From the IMG/VR virus record IMGVR_UViG_3300046370_000202: 64,000 bases of DNA; one strand, written 5' to 3'. Source of the stretch: a virus. A model generated the notes under the pieces. The model saw only the letters and a program-made list of their open reading frames with translations. It made no database searches and was not told the DNA's origin. Shown here piece after piece: positions 9,619 through 19,155 of the stretch (positions within the stretch are counted from its first letter, which is position 1; each line of letters starts with the position of its first letter). A program made the translations under genes and the position numbers.

Positions 9619-9761
9619 ACTGCCTTCTCCAGCTTCTCGATTTGGGTTTGAAGCGCGGCAATACGCGCCTCAACACGTGCGTTGTCTTCGGGAGACAACT
9701 CCCCACGTACCTCACAGAGGCACATCAACTCGTTATAAAGATTACCTACTACTGCATCCAT
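9615..9761 (-). CDS. hypothetical protein (48 aa)
   Basis: Manual: MDAVVGNLYNELMCLCEVRG...; TAATG coupling. Confidence 0.55.
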   Translation of the reverse strand: MDAVVGNLYNELMCLCEVRGELSPEDNARVEARIAALQTQIEKLEKAV

Positions 9762-9946
9762 TACACAATCTCCGAAATACTAATGAACCCATACTGGGGG
9801 TTGTTGAACATGTTGTCAAACATACCGACTTCGTCAAAACCAAACAACGACAAAGCGGTGCTAACGTCACCTTTCTCGAACACGACCATCTCGTGGCCCG
9901 AAGGAATTGAACCTACAAACTCATTAATGTTTTCAATCAAAATCAT
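9761..9946 (-). CDS. hypothetical protein
   Basis: ORF after promoter at ~9982-10010. Confidence 0.6.
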   Translation of the reverse strand: MILIENINEFVGSIPSGHEMVVFEKGDVSTALSLFGFDEVGMFDNMFNNPQYGFISISEIV

Positions 9947-10036
9947 TACAATCTCACTCTCTATCTCAACTTTATGTAACCATTATAGTACATGTTTCGA
10001 AAAGACGCAAGAGTTATTTGTGGTAATTTGTCACAT

Positions 10037-10450
10037 TTATTGGGGGAGATGTTTGGCGTGGATTTTACAACCGATGAACGCGTTGTAGTAGTCGTCTCTC
10101 AGGAGTACGTCGTACTCGAACTGGAGTTTTGCTTCGTAGTAGGAACACTCGCCTTTGGTTCGGCAGAGCTTGAGGATTTCTCGTTTGTAGTTATCGGCGC
10201 CGCGTTGCGCGACTGCCTCTTTTAGATCTTGGCTTGATCCGTAGTACCTGGGCCAGTCAGACTCTACTCGCGTCTTTACTTTACGCTTTCGAGTCTTAGT
10301 CACTGGCAGTGTTTTAGGTTTCCAAAAAAACTTTTTTCCGATATACTTCATGCCCGTGTCGAGCTCAGTAATCAGATACACAAACCCCTGATAGTCTTCA
10401 AGAAATCCATCTTCGGGTTCAAATGTGGTGTCTTCATATAACCAATCCAT
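10037..10450 (-). CDS. GIY-YIG family nuclease
   Basis: GFVY...YIG, YYGSS, E and YYN motifs. Confidence 0.75.
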   Translation of the reverse strand: MDWLYEDTTFEPEDGFLEDYQGFVYLITELDTGMKYIGKKFFWKPKTLPVTKTRKRKVKTRVESDWPRYYGSSQDLKEAVAQRGADNYKREILKLCRTKGECSYYEAKLQFEYDVLLRDDYYNAFIGCKIHAKHLPQ

Positions 10451-10474
10451 GAACCTATGTATAGGTCTGGTAAG

Positions 10475-10615
10475 TTATTCATCATCGGATGATATTTCCG
10501 ATTCGACATCTGCACCACACATAGGACAATGCCTAGGCATTTCATCCTCGTATGGCACACGTACCACAGTGTGTATGTCACAAATCGGGCACTCGATAGT
10601 ATATTCGGTGTCCAT
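10475..10615 (-). CDS. small Zn-ribbon/rubredoxin-like protein (46 aa)
   Basis: Manual: CPIC...CPMCG; coupled to nrdB stop. Confidence 0.65.
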   Translation of the reverse strand: MDTEYTIECPICDIHTVVRVPYEDEMPRHCPMCGADVESEISSDDE

Positions 10616-11589
10616 CACGCTACCTCTAATTCTATATCCTCCCAACCGAAGTCTTCACCTTCCATACCCGCAACAGAGTATTCTGTTACACGTTTTTCAA
10701 AGAAGTTGTCATGTGACGCTCCATTGAGCACCCAATCTAACCACGGCAATGGGTTTTTCTTTTGGTTGAATAACGGCTTCATTCCTAACTGAAGTAGACG
10801 ACGGTCAGCAATGTGACGTATGTAGTCGCGGACTTCTTTCTTTGTTAGGCCTTGAACATCGTTACCTTTAAATGCAAGTTGAATGAACTTCTCTTCCAAC
10901 CTGACAGCATTCTCAGCCATAGAATAAATCTTTGACTTGAGTTCGTCGTTCACGATGCGAGGATGTTCCTCACAAAACTCACGGAACAACTTTGAGTTAC
11001 CTTGTACGTGAATGGTCTCATCACGGATGGACCACTCTACGATTGTCGCCATACCCTTCATCTTACCGAACCTCTGGAAGTTCAGTAGCATGACAAACGA
11101 TGCGAAGACAGACATGCCTTCGTTGAACACTGACTGCGCTAACGCGAGTGCAAGTCCGGTGTGAGAGTTCGTTTCACCCTCTTTCATAAAATCAATCTTG
11201 TCTGCCATCTCCTTGTACTCTAGGAACTTGTGAAAGTCTTCGTCTGGCAGACCAAGTGTATCATTGAGAAGTGCGTACGCACGTTGGTGTACTGCTTCTC
11301 TTGCCGCAAACGATGACAACATGTTGCGGACTTCGTTGTTCTTGAACTTTGGTATCAACAGTTCGTGGTAGTTCTCCCCTACCTGTACATCTGACTGCGT
11401 GAATAGTCGCAGTACATGAGTAATAAATTCTTTCTCTGACTCAGACAGTTTGGTCTTCCAATCTTGTACATCTTCTGACAATTCTGCTTCATCTTCAATC
11501 CAGTGTATTTCCTCGTGTTTTTTTGATAGTTCAACCGCCCAAGGATACTTGAACGGTTTGTATGTTTCGGACGTTTTTAGTAATGACAT
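10615..11589 (-). CDS. nrdB: ribonucleotide reductase class I beta subunit
   Basis: EAVH..AY, EG, RDE..H di-iron motifs; NFFE..VTEY. Confidence 0.95.
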   Translation of the reverse strand: MSLLKTSETYKPFKYPWAVELSKKHEEIHWIEDEAELSEDVQDWKTKLSESEKEFITHVLRLFTQSDVQVGENYHELLIPKFKNNEVRNMLSSFAAREAVHQRAYALLNDTLGLPDEDFHKFLEYKEMADKIDFMKEGETNSHTGLALALAQSVFNEGMSVFASFVMLLNFQRFGKMKGMATIVEWSIRDETIHVQGNSKLFREFCEEHPRIVNDELKSKIYSMAENAVRLEEKFIQLAFKGNDVQGLTKKEVRDYIRHIADRRLLQLGMKPLFNQKKNPLPWLDWVLNGASHDNFFEKRVTEYSVAGMEGEDFGWEDIELEVA

Positions 11590-11614
11590 ACTAATCCTTT
11601 ATTTGAATTGTTTA

Positions 11615-13609
11615 TTAACCCTCGCAGGCCCGACATTCGTCGCCACCGTCACTTGGTTCGTACTCCACTTCACCCTTTAGATGCATCATAAGATCTTCAT
11701 AACCACCTATGTACTTGCCTTCCAGATAAATTTGAGGAACTGTCTCGACCTTTCTTCCTGTAACCTCTGCGGCAGACTTCTTTATCTCCTCAAGGTCAAC
11801 GTAGTCATAATCTATGCCGCGTAGCGACAGTTCCTCTGCGGCCATTTTACAATACGGACAATCTTTTTTTCCGTAAAGTATGGTACGGTTGTCGTCTTGT
11901 AACGCAACCCGTTCCACTTTGTCTGATACCGTCTCCGCACGAGACTTTGCCTCTGTGCGCAAATAGTACAGACCTTTCAATCCTTTCCTCCAGGCCGTGA
12001 AATGCACCTTGTTAACATAACGTTTCGGTGTTCCTGACGGGAAGAAAAGATTAACCGACTGACCCTGACAGATGTACTGTTGTCTGTCAGCCGCGTGTGT
12101 CACTACCCAGTTTTGATCCAGTTCTTGTGCAGTCTTAAAGACCGCCTTCTCACCTTCATTTAAGAACGGTAAGTGTTGAACCGATCCTTTGCGGGTAATG
12201 ATACTAGACCACGTAGATTCGTTGTCCTGACCCTTCTCTTTGAGTAGGGCCGTTAGATACGAGTTCTTCACCAAAAACGAACCTGCACGAGTTCTATGCG
12301 TATAAGCACATGCCTTCAATGGTTCGATTGATGGTGACGTGGATAAGATGACTCCCGACGACGCGTTAGGTGCTATTGCTAGTAGATGGGCATTGCGCAT
12401 CCCTGAACCTAAACCGTCTGAGTATTCACCCCGCTCTTTCGCAAGGAGTCTTGATTCTTCTTTTGCTTCGTGATTGATATGTTCAAACACGACATTATTT
12501 ATTTCTCGGGCTTTGTCAGATTCCCAAGCAACAAAGTGTTTCTGTAGGAGTGAATGGAAACCCATTGCTCCAAGTCCAATGCTTCTTTCACGTGCCGCCG
12601 AATAACGGGCGCGGGAAATACTATCTGGCGCATGACCGATGAAGTATTCGAGAACGTTATCCAGCATACGAATAAGATCCCGCACGATATTAGTGTCTTT
12701 CCACTCATCATAGTATTCCAAGTTTAGTGATGACAAACAACATACCGCAGTCCTGTCTGGACCTGTCGGCAAGTGAATCTCGTTGCATAGGTTTGACCCG
12801 TGAATCTTTAGTCCTTTCTCCTTTAGTGGCATTGGGAGCGCACGATTCGCAGTGTCAATAAAATTCAAGTATGGTTCTCCCGTACGGAAACGTACCTCAA
12901 GGATTCGTTCCCATAACTTACGTGCATTGACAGAATCTTTCACAATACCATCTTTCGGGTCACGTAAGTCAAAATCTGTATTGTTGATCACCGCAGCCAT
13001 AAACTCATCGGTGATGTTGATCGCATTGTGTATGTTCAGCGCCTTACGTTGTACGTCGCCTGTAGGAATGCGAATGTTTAGAAATTCCATGATGTCTGGA
13101 TGATGCACATCCAGATACGCCGCATAAGACCCCTTACGTGTCTTGCCTTGGCGATACGCGATCATGTCTGCATCTACTGTGTGTAGAAACGGAATCGGGC
13201 CAGGCGCGATGTCAGAGACCGTACGCACGTCTCCCCAGTGTCCACCGACACCACCGCCCATTACGGACAACCAACGCAACTCCGAAGAGTGTTCAATCAG
13301 TCCTTCAAGTGTGTCTGGGACATAGGTAAGAAAACAAGAGATGGGAAGTCCGCGAGTGTCCGCGCCTTCTTTGGGTGCGTTTGACAGAACCGGAGACGCA
13401 AACATAAACCATTTCTTTGAGGCATATTCATAAAGCCTCTGCGCTAGATACGGATCTACTTGATCTTGATATGTTGACCACGCTTCTGCAGCTCTTGCGT
13501 ACGCATCTTGGGGCGACTCTTCACCCTCAATCATATAGAAATCTTTTAACATACCTATCGCATAGTCTGTTAACAGATCATCGCGATCGTAATTCACATC
13601 TACTTTCAT
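11615..13609 (-). CDS. nrdA: ribonucleotide reductase class I alpha subunit with fused glutaredoxin
   Basis: ISCF, GSNLCNEI, VCCLSS, APNASS, GLYY; C-terminal CPYC/TVPQI/GG Grx domain then CxxC tail. Confidence 0.95.
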   Translation of the reverse strand: MKVDVNYDRDDLLTDYAIGMLKDFYMIEGEESPQDAYARAAEAWSTYQDQVDPYLAQRLYEYASKKWFMFASPVLSNAPKEGADTRGLPISCFLTYVPDTLEGLIEHSSELRWLSVMGGGVGGHWGDVRTVSDIAPGPIPFLHTVDADMIAYRQGKTRKGSYAAYLDVHHPDIMEFLNIRIPTGDVQRKALNIHNAINITDEFMAAVINNTDFDLRDPKDGIVKDSVNARKLWERILEVRFRTGEPYLNFIDTANRALPMPLKEKGLKIHGSNLCNEIHLPTGPDRTAVCCLSSLNLEYYDEWKDTNIVRDLIRMLDNVLEYFIGHAPDSISRARYSAARERSIGLGAMGFHSLLQKHFVAWESDKAREINNVVFEHINHEAKEESRLLAKERGEYSDGLGSGMRNAHLLAIAPNASSGVILSTSPSIEPLKACAYTHRTRAGSFLVKNSYLTALLKEKGQDNESTWSSIITRKGSVQHLPFLNEGEKAVFKTAQELDQNWVVTHAADRQQYICQGQSVNLFFPSGTPKRYVNKVHFTAWRKGLKGLYYLRTEAKSRAETVSDKVERVALQDDNRTILYGKKDCPYCKMAAEELSLRGIDYDYVDLEEIKKSAAEVTGRKVETVPQIYLEGKYIGGYEDLMMHLKGEVEYEPSDGGDECRACEG

Positions 13610-13631
13610 TTTTTATTCCAAACTGTAGAGA

Positions 13632-14129
13632 TTATCTTCTCAAAGAAAAATAACCATTTTCAAGTATTTTTGGCGCTATTGATTCGTAATTACGAATGTC
13701 TTTCAGATAGTATATATGATCTGCGGCTTTCGCCCAAAGACCATCTTTCGGGTCTTTCTCGAATACCTTATACCATCTTTGCAACCACTCTTCAGAAGAT
13801 TCTGGATCTCTCCTCACGGAGTTATGAACCCACTTAATGTACTGTTCCTCCGTGACAACCGACACATCTAGATAGATGCCTTGTTCACGACATTGGAACT
13901 TTGCACGAGACCACCTACTACCCATTGTGGCGTCTATGAAATCAGACACCAATATGATGTATGCAGTGTCTTCTCTGACTGAACAATACTTGACAGTATA
14001 CTCGGTAAGTGTGGTCTTGTCAAGGCTAGATATGACTTTATATGCCTTGCTGTTTGTTTTCAAATTGTTCAGTGCTGAGGACATATTATTTTGAGTAATC
14101 ATAAAAGGGTTCATCTTCTTGATAATCAT
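13632..14129 (-). CDS. hypothetical protein
   Basis: ORF; start uncertain. Confidence 0.55.
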   Translation of the reverse strand: MIIKKMNPFMITQNNMSSALNNLKTNSKAYKVISSLDKTTLTEYTVKYCSVREDTAYIILVSDFIDATMGSRWSRAKFQCREQGIYLDVSVVTEEQYIKWVHNSVRRDPESSEEWLQRWYKVFEKDPKDGLWAKAADHIYYLKDIRNYESIAPKILENGYFSLRR

Positions 14130-14427
14130 AGTTTTCTACGATCATCTGTTGGCCAGTGTTCCAGAATTTTTGACAACAATCTATGATATAATCAAGTTGT
14201 TCTTTTTTGTCAAACAAACCTTCCCATAAGAGATGATTTGAAAACGAGAGAGAAGGGTCTTCAGTTAGAAATCTACTGTAAGCAAAATCTTCACCGACAT
14301 AACCTTTCATAGGAACATAGACAAGCCTAGATTCATCATATGACGGAAGTATCATATTCGGATCTTCGTTTGAGGATTCTAGTAAGATAATTTTAAAATC
14401 TAAACAGTCTATAATCTTCATGACCAA
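14086..14427 (-). CDS. hypothetical protein
   Basis: ORF with RBS. Confidence 0.6.
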   Translation of the reverse strand: MVMKIIDCLDFKIILLESSNEDPNMILPSYDESRLVYVPMKGYVGEDFAYSRFLTEDPSLSFSNHLLWEGLFDKKEQLDYIIDCCQKFWNTGQQMIVENYDYQEDEPFYDYSK

Positions 14428-14483
14428 ACCTTTAATTTGACGTAGAAGTATATAGTATTTTGGAGTACTTGTAAAGGGAGATA

Positions 14484-14663
14484 TTAGATTTTTTTTGGTA
14501 GGAGTCTGCGCAAAATCTTGACAGCGTCTTTGCGCTTATTTTTACGATCGTACTTTTTACGTATGATGACGGTAGAAGAATCGTCACCTGCGCCAGGCAC
14601 ACCACTGGTATTGTTGGTGATTTCTTCATCAAACTGTTTTATAAACTCTCGATACGTCTTCAT
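14484..14663 (-). CDS. putative internal head protein (59 aa)
   Basis: Manual: MKTYREFIKQFDEE..., resembling T4 IPII/IPIII targeting sequence; basic C-terminus. Confidence 0.6.
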   Translation of the reverse strand: MKTYREFIKQFDEEITNNTSGVPGAGDDSSTVIIRKKYDRKNKRKDAVKILRRLLPKKI

Positions 14664-15253
14664 TTCGCAATCTCATTTGCAGAGAACAAAACTCTGCGGC
14701 CGGTTTTAATATGTGTGCCTTCGTAAACTGGGATGCCCAAGATATCGCAACTTAGGTTATTTTCTTCCACACGAATCTTATCGTCTTTTCGGACTATCTC
14801 TTCTGCCTGATCTGTCATCGTGTCATTTTGTATGCGGTAGAGGCCAGGACCCAAATTCCCGTCTGACATTACATACCACTTAGAGTTCTCTAGTAGAGCT
14901 TCCATTAGATCAATGCCCGTCTCTTCGTGTATCTTTTGGATTTGATTGTCGGACAGTTCGCCGTGTTCTTTGATCAACGCAAGTGCAGCACCGTATCGTG
15001 CGACAATAGATGATCCGCCAGGCACCTTTGCCATAAGCCTCTTTAGATTGAATACAAGACGATGGAATGCGGTGTAGTGCGATCTGTATGCGTCACGGTT
15101 ATCCATTGTGTCCATAGAGAAATCTTTTCGTTTGTTTCCGTCCGCGTCAATGATACCCGCCTTAAATGCGTTGGTATCCTCGAACTTAGTCACGAGTAAT
15201 TTCAAGAAACGAATTGTATAGACGATGTCCGCCGCTGACTTAAGGATTCCCAT
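14660..15253 (-). CDS. conserved T4-like hypothetical protein
   Basis: RFLKLL...AFK.GIID..G...FHRLVFNLKR. Confidence 0.7.
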   Translation of the reverse strand: MGILKSAADIVYTIRFLKLLVTKFEDTNAFKAGIIDADGNKRKDFSMDTMDNRDAYRSHYTAFHRLVFNLKRLMAKVPGGSSIVARYGAALALIKEHGELSDNQIQKIHEETGIDLMEALLENSKWYVMSDGNLGPGLYRIQNDTMTDQAEEIVRKDDKIRVEENNLSCDILGIPVYEGTHIKTGRRVLFSANEIAK

Positions 15254-15609
15254 TAGAGTGCTCTCAATTTATCTATTACGTATTTATCCATTTCTATACC
15301 TGTGATGTCTTCGGTTCGTATTGCGCGAAGAAATACCAAAAAGGGTTTGAGGGTAGTCCATTGTTCTAGAGGTATTTTAAGGGCGAGCATCTCTACTCCA
15401 GCCTCGTGACCAAATACGTTGAAAATGACGATGAGGTGATTGAGTATTAATCTTTCTGCTAGATCGCCATTTTGATGATACCGATTAATCAATCGTTTAA
15501 CATATTTAAATTTTTTCAGGTCGTCAAAAAACTCTTCACCGTCAATGTGCTTAGGGTTATAGTAATGTTTGGCAGCATACACAACCAAATTGTTTTTTGT
15601 TAGCTTCAT
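15253..15609 (-). CDS. conserved T4-like hypothetical protein
   Basis: YAAKHY.NP...EF..DL...RLILNH.IV..NVFG; start re-called at MKLTK. Confidence 0.7.
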   Translation of the reverse strand: MKLTKNNLVVYAAKHYYNPKHIDGEEFFDDLKKFKYVKRLINRYHQNGDLAERLILNHLIVIFNVFGHEAGVEMLALKIPLEQWTTLKPFLVFLRAIRTEDITGIEMDKYVIDKLRAL

Positions 15610-15651
15610 GATAAAGACTTTAGAAGTGTGGTCAGATTTATTTAGACGCAC

Positions 15652-15680
15652 AAAAAAACCGCAGTATCAACTGCGGTTTC
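15652..15680 (-). terminator. Rho-independent terminator
   Basis: AAACCGCAG-ttgata-CTGCGGTTT followed by T run. Confidence 0.8.
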
Positions 15681-15695
15681 AAAAGAATAGTTAGA

Positions 15696-15914
15696 TTACT
15701 CTGAATCTTTTACTTCGAAGATGTAAGGTACGTCTTCTGCAGGTTCTACTACTTTAGGTTTTTTCTTGACTGGAGTAGGGTTTTTGGCTTCATGCCATTC
15801 TGCAATCTGTTCCTTAGAAAAGTTCTGCATTTTTAGAACTTCGCCTGTATATGGGTCTAACCAACCAGCCCTAGAAGGAACTGCGTTACTACACCACTTA
15901 GGAGCCTTGATCAT
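15696..15914 (-). CDS. hypothetical protein
   Basis: ORF in late operon. Confidence 0.6.
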   Translation of the reverse strand: MIKAPKWCSNAVPSRAGWLDPYTGEVLKMQNFSKEQIAEWHEAKNPTPVKKKPKVVEPAEDVPYIFEVKDSE

Positions 15915-15915
15915 A

Positions 15916-16764
15916 TTACTTTCCTTTTACTGGATTGATGACTGACTTATCACCATTAGATAGATTGTCTGCACCACTTCGTGCAGGCGCTTGTTTCTTG
16001 ACTGCCTTAGCAGCAGCAAAAGTTTTCTTATGACTATCTTCTTCTTCGCCTTCAACTTTCTTATCAGACTTCTTGTGCATACCAATGACTTTCTTGTCAT
16101 GTTCAGAAGAATGATCATCATATTTTTCAGGAGCAAGTGCGCCTTTCTTAGGATTTGCGGCTTCAGCAAATGCCGACCACATATCTGCAAACGATCCACG
16201 TAGGTCTAGACTCTCGATCTTGGAGATCTCTGATTTCTTATCAGCAGTCTTAGGGTTTTTCTTGACAGGATTCTCTTCGTCATCCTTTGCATCGATCGCG
16301 TCGTCCGTTGCGGCACGCTTCTTGTGTAGGTATTCGTCAGAAGAATCTGTATCGCCATCATTATCGATGTCCTTGTCCTTACGATCTTTGAACTTCTTAT
16401 CGTTCTCTTTATCGTCTACTGGATCAAGTTTCTTTTCAGACACTTCGTGATAACCTTTGTTATCGCAGTGATCACAACCTTTGCCTTCACACTTAGGACA
16501 TTCTTTCTGTCCTTCTTTGTAAGTTTTTTTGCCACAGGCTTCGTCTAGTTCTGATTCGACTTCTTCTTTAACAGTTCCAGACACACGCAATGCTGCGATG
16601 AATGCCTTGGCTTGTGGACCTTTGATGCCCGCTTTAGACATTGCTTTATTAATAGCACCGCGATTCCACGGCCCCATGTTTACTGCTTCCTCTAGAGTTT
16701 CCTCTGCCTGAGGCTCGGAGACCATTCCCAAATACGCCTCCATAATTTTAGTGATATCTGACAT
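15916..16764 (-). CDS. charged putative prohead-core/internal protein
   Basis: K/D/E-rich, LDE/LEE sites, CxxCxGxG.CxxC, DIDNDGD loop. Confidence 0.55.
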   Translation of the reverse strand: MSDITKIMEAYLGMVSEPQAEETLEEAVNMGPWNRGAINKAMSKAGIKGPQAKAFIAALRVSGTVKEEVESELDEACGKKTYKEGQKECPKCEGKGCDHCDNKGYHEVSEKKLDPVDDKENDKKFKDRKDKDIDNDGDTDSSDEYLHKKRAATDDAIDAKDDEENPVKKNPKTADKKSEISKIESLDLRGSFADMWSAFAEAANPKKGALAPEKYDDHSSEHDKKVIGMHKKSDKKVEGEEEDSHKKTFAAAKAVKKQAPARSGADNLSNGDKSVINPVKGK

Positions 16765-16783
16765 TATAGTCTCCGTTAATTAA

Positions 16784-17095
16784 TTATGCATCAAAGAAAA
16801 TTTTGATGACTACACCGGCAAAGATTGTTGCAGATAATGTAATAATATACTGCATTACTTTAACAGTCTTTCCTTGTTCTTGAACATTATCTTCGATTTC
16901 GTCCATTCGAGTTGAGAAACGATTCATACGTTCAAAGTGTTGTGAGTTCGCCTTCTCAATGTTAATAAGCTTTTCTTCCGCTCTTGCAAGATCAATCATT
17001 GCATCGGAAAGCTTGTCTATTTTGTCCTCGATTCTTGCGAGGCGTTGCTCTTCACGTTGCACATGCTCTTGTAAAATTAGGTTGTTATCTGCCAT
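16784..17095 (-). CDS. coiled-coil protein with C-terminal TM helix
   Basis: RL.RIE.KIDKL heptads; hydrophobic C-terminus. Confidence 0.65.
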   Translation of the reverse strand: MADNNLILQEHVQREEQRLARIEDKIDKLSDAMIDLARAEEKLINIEKANSQHFERMNRFSTRMDEIEDNVQEQGKTVKVMQYIITLSATIFAGVVIKIFFDA

Positions 17096-17181
17096 GTCTC
17101 GATCAGCCCATTAGTATTGATAATATAAGTCATATGATAATTATTATATAATTAGTTGACTTATGGTTTAAGGTTTGTGTT

Positions 17182-17189
17182 TATTTATA
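17182..17189 (-). promoter_or_regulatory. late promoter TATAAATA
   Basis: Exact consensus. Confidence 0.7.
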
Positions 17190-17197
17190 ACAATCAA

Positions 17198-17515
17198 TTA
17201 CCATGCGCGACACGACCAATATCGTGCCTTCCACTTCGGGCCAGGATCTGCACAATTGTGCCTAGCTCGAAAACTTTTACGACGAGCAGGGTTGTCTTTT
17301 TTAATCTCCATATTCGGATCACCGAATGAGACCTTCACGACATTTCCCTTCTCGTTCTTTGTATACACGTAGAACTTCTTAGAGCCACCACGTACAGGTT
17401 TGTTCAATGTAACAGTCTTGCCCTGATACTCCGCCTCGCTGAGTTCTAACTCTTCGTCGAGAGACTTACACGCCTCACAACATCTTTCTTCTACATACTG
17501 TTTAAACTTTTTCAT
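17198..17515 (-). CDS. conserved basic internal-protein-like hypothetical
   Basis: MKKFKQYVEE start; V.FGDPNM...RRKSFRARH.C...YWSC..W. Confidence 0.7.
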   Translation of the reverse strand: MKKFKQYVEERCCEACKSLDEELELSEAEYQGKTVTLNKPVRGGSKKFYVYTKNEKGNVVKVSFGDPNMEIKKDNPARRKSFRARHNCADPGPKWKARYWSCRAW

Positions 17516-18759
17516 TTTGAAAGTAATGCCTTTGCCTTGGTGCGATCGTGGAAAGCGAATGTATAAGACTTACCGTCCTTTTCGTCTTTGACCACATAAC
17601 CAGATTTGGTCATCTTAGTGATCTTACCCATTCTCTTATCGCCATTCTTAGGTTCGTAGAAATCAACACCTCTTCCAACGTTGATTGAGTTCTTTGTCTC
17701 TGCGCCCATGCCTTTAGTTGCAAGAGTTCGGTAATTTTCATCAAGCGATTCTACTGATTCCTCTAACCCTTCACGCATGAGTTTACCACCTTTCACTCTG
17801 AATCCGTTATCTTTTAGGATTTTAGTAATAGTGGTCTTCTTTACCAAGTCGTCCATATCCTTGAGCAACTTAGTCAAACCCATGAATGCCTTATCCTGTA
17901 CACTTAAAGAGGAATTCATAAACATAACACGTGCGAATGCAGCGGCCTTCTCGAACTCAATACCCTTTTTCTTATGTTTCAAGAGTTCATTAGATATCTT
18001 TTCAAAATCTGCGGCTTCGTCAAGTTCGATATCTTCTTTTCTTGGGGTGCGACCTTTGAGTAGTGAATGAATGGCTTTCGACTCTTTGCCTTTGATACGA
18101 CGATCTTTTTTGATCTCTTTATCGACAGCGCCTTTGTTGTACTTGGATTCACCAAGTTCGACTGACTCATTTGCTTGACGAAGTGCCGCTTGTACTGCCT
18201 TATGCTTAGACAGACCTTTCTTCATTTTCTCAATCTCGCGAACAGCACCTGTCATATTACCGCCCATTTTTTCGGCAGTTTTGACTGCTTTGATAAGTAG
18301 GTTTCGATCGGCGATCTTGTTGTGAATACCCATATCAGAAAGTTTTGCTTCGTCAAGTTCGACTGACTCGCTCACGTCACTTGCATTGCCATACGAAGAC
18401 TTTCCGATGACGGACCGCATGAAGTCATTCAGTTTGCCTTTTGGTCCACTGATACTGACATGGCCGCCCGATGTGGTTGCTTTCAGACCAAATCGTGTTG
18501 CGCCCGAAGAAACCTTGTCTGCCATAGTTGTCTTGATCTTTGCTGTTGCTTCATCAAGTTCAACTGACTCCTTTACAGGTTTGCCACCTTTAGAAATGAT
18601 ACCCTTGTATCCTTCTTTTTCCTTATCAGCAAGGAATTTCTTGGCGTACACTAATAGGTTAAAAGGCATCGTACGAATCGGCCCTTTCTTTGACATTGCG
18701 TACTTCACCACAAACTTATCTTTATTTGCGGATTCTCTTAGTTCAAAAAAATCTTTCAC
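17512..18759 (-). CDS. putative internal head polyprotein
   Basis: GTG start MKDFFELRE; Lys-rich modules separated by ESVELDE-type linkers. Confidence 0.65.
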   Translation of the reverse strand: MKDFFELRESANKDKFVVKYAMSKKGPIRTMPFNLLVYAKKFLADKEKEGYKGIISKGGKPVKESVELDEATAKIKTTMADKVSSGATRFGLKATTSGGHVSISGPKGKLNDFMRSVIGKSSYGNASDVSESVELDEAKLSDMGIHNKIADRNLLIKAVKTAEKMGGNMTGAVREIEKMKKGLSKHKAVQAALRQANESVELGESKYNKGAVDKEIKKDRRIKGKESKAIHSLLKGRTPRKEDIELDEAADFEKISNELLKHKKKGIEFEKAAAFARVMFMNSSLSVQDKAFMGLTKLLKDMDDLVKKTTITKILKDNGFRVKGGKLMREGLEESVESLDENYRTLATKGMGAETKNSINVGRGVDFYEPKNGDKRMGKITKMTKSGYVVKDEKDGKSYTFAFHDRTKAKALLSK

Positions 18760-18764
18760 TTTAT

Positions 18765-18944
18765 TTAACTTCCTCTTGATGCGCCTCGAAATACCTTCGT
18801 TCCGGCAACTGGATTGACTGTTTTAACTTTACTATTTATAGGATTAAAACTAGTACCGCCGTAGTTGTTGTCGGTTGCCTGTTGCAGTCTTTCTTTTTTT
18901 GCAGCAGACATTTTCTTGTTACGTGGTTTCTTCGATTTGCTCAT
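18765..18944 (-). CDS. basic hypothetical protein (59 aa)
   Basis: Manual: MSKSKKPRNKKMSAAKKERL...; contains TATAAATA at 18833-18840. Confidence 0.55.
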   Translation of the reverse strand: MSKSKKPRNKKMSAAKKERLQQATDNNYGGTSFNPINSKVKTVNPVAGTKVFRGASRGS

Positions 18945-19153
18945 ACGTTGTCCTTATTTAATTGTTCTACTGCATATCCCATCTTTTTTAATTCTGCCTT
19001 GGAGAAGGATGGTGGTGGTTTACTGAAAAAGTCAGCCGACTTCTTGATCCTGTCTAGTTTCTTTTGAGACCCAAGACCATGTTTCGACGCACGTGCGGAA
19101 AGACGGTCTTGTGCAGACCGCCTTGCTTCTCTTATTTCAGTAAACTTTTTCAT
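18941..19153 (-). CDS. putative internal head protein
   Basis: Start re-called at MKKFTEIRE. Confidence 0.6.
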   Translation of the reverse strand: MKKFTEIREARRSAQDRLSARASKHGLGSQKKLDRIKKSADFFSKPPPSFSKAELKKMGYAVEQLNKDNV

Positions 19154-19155
19154 AA

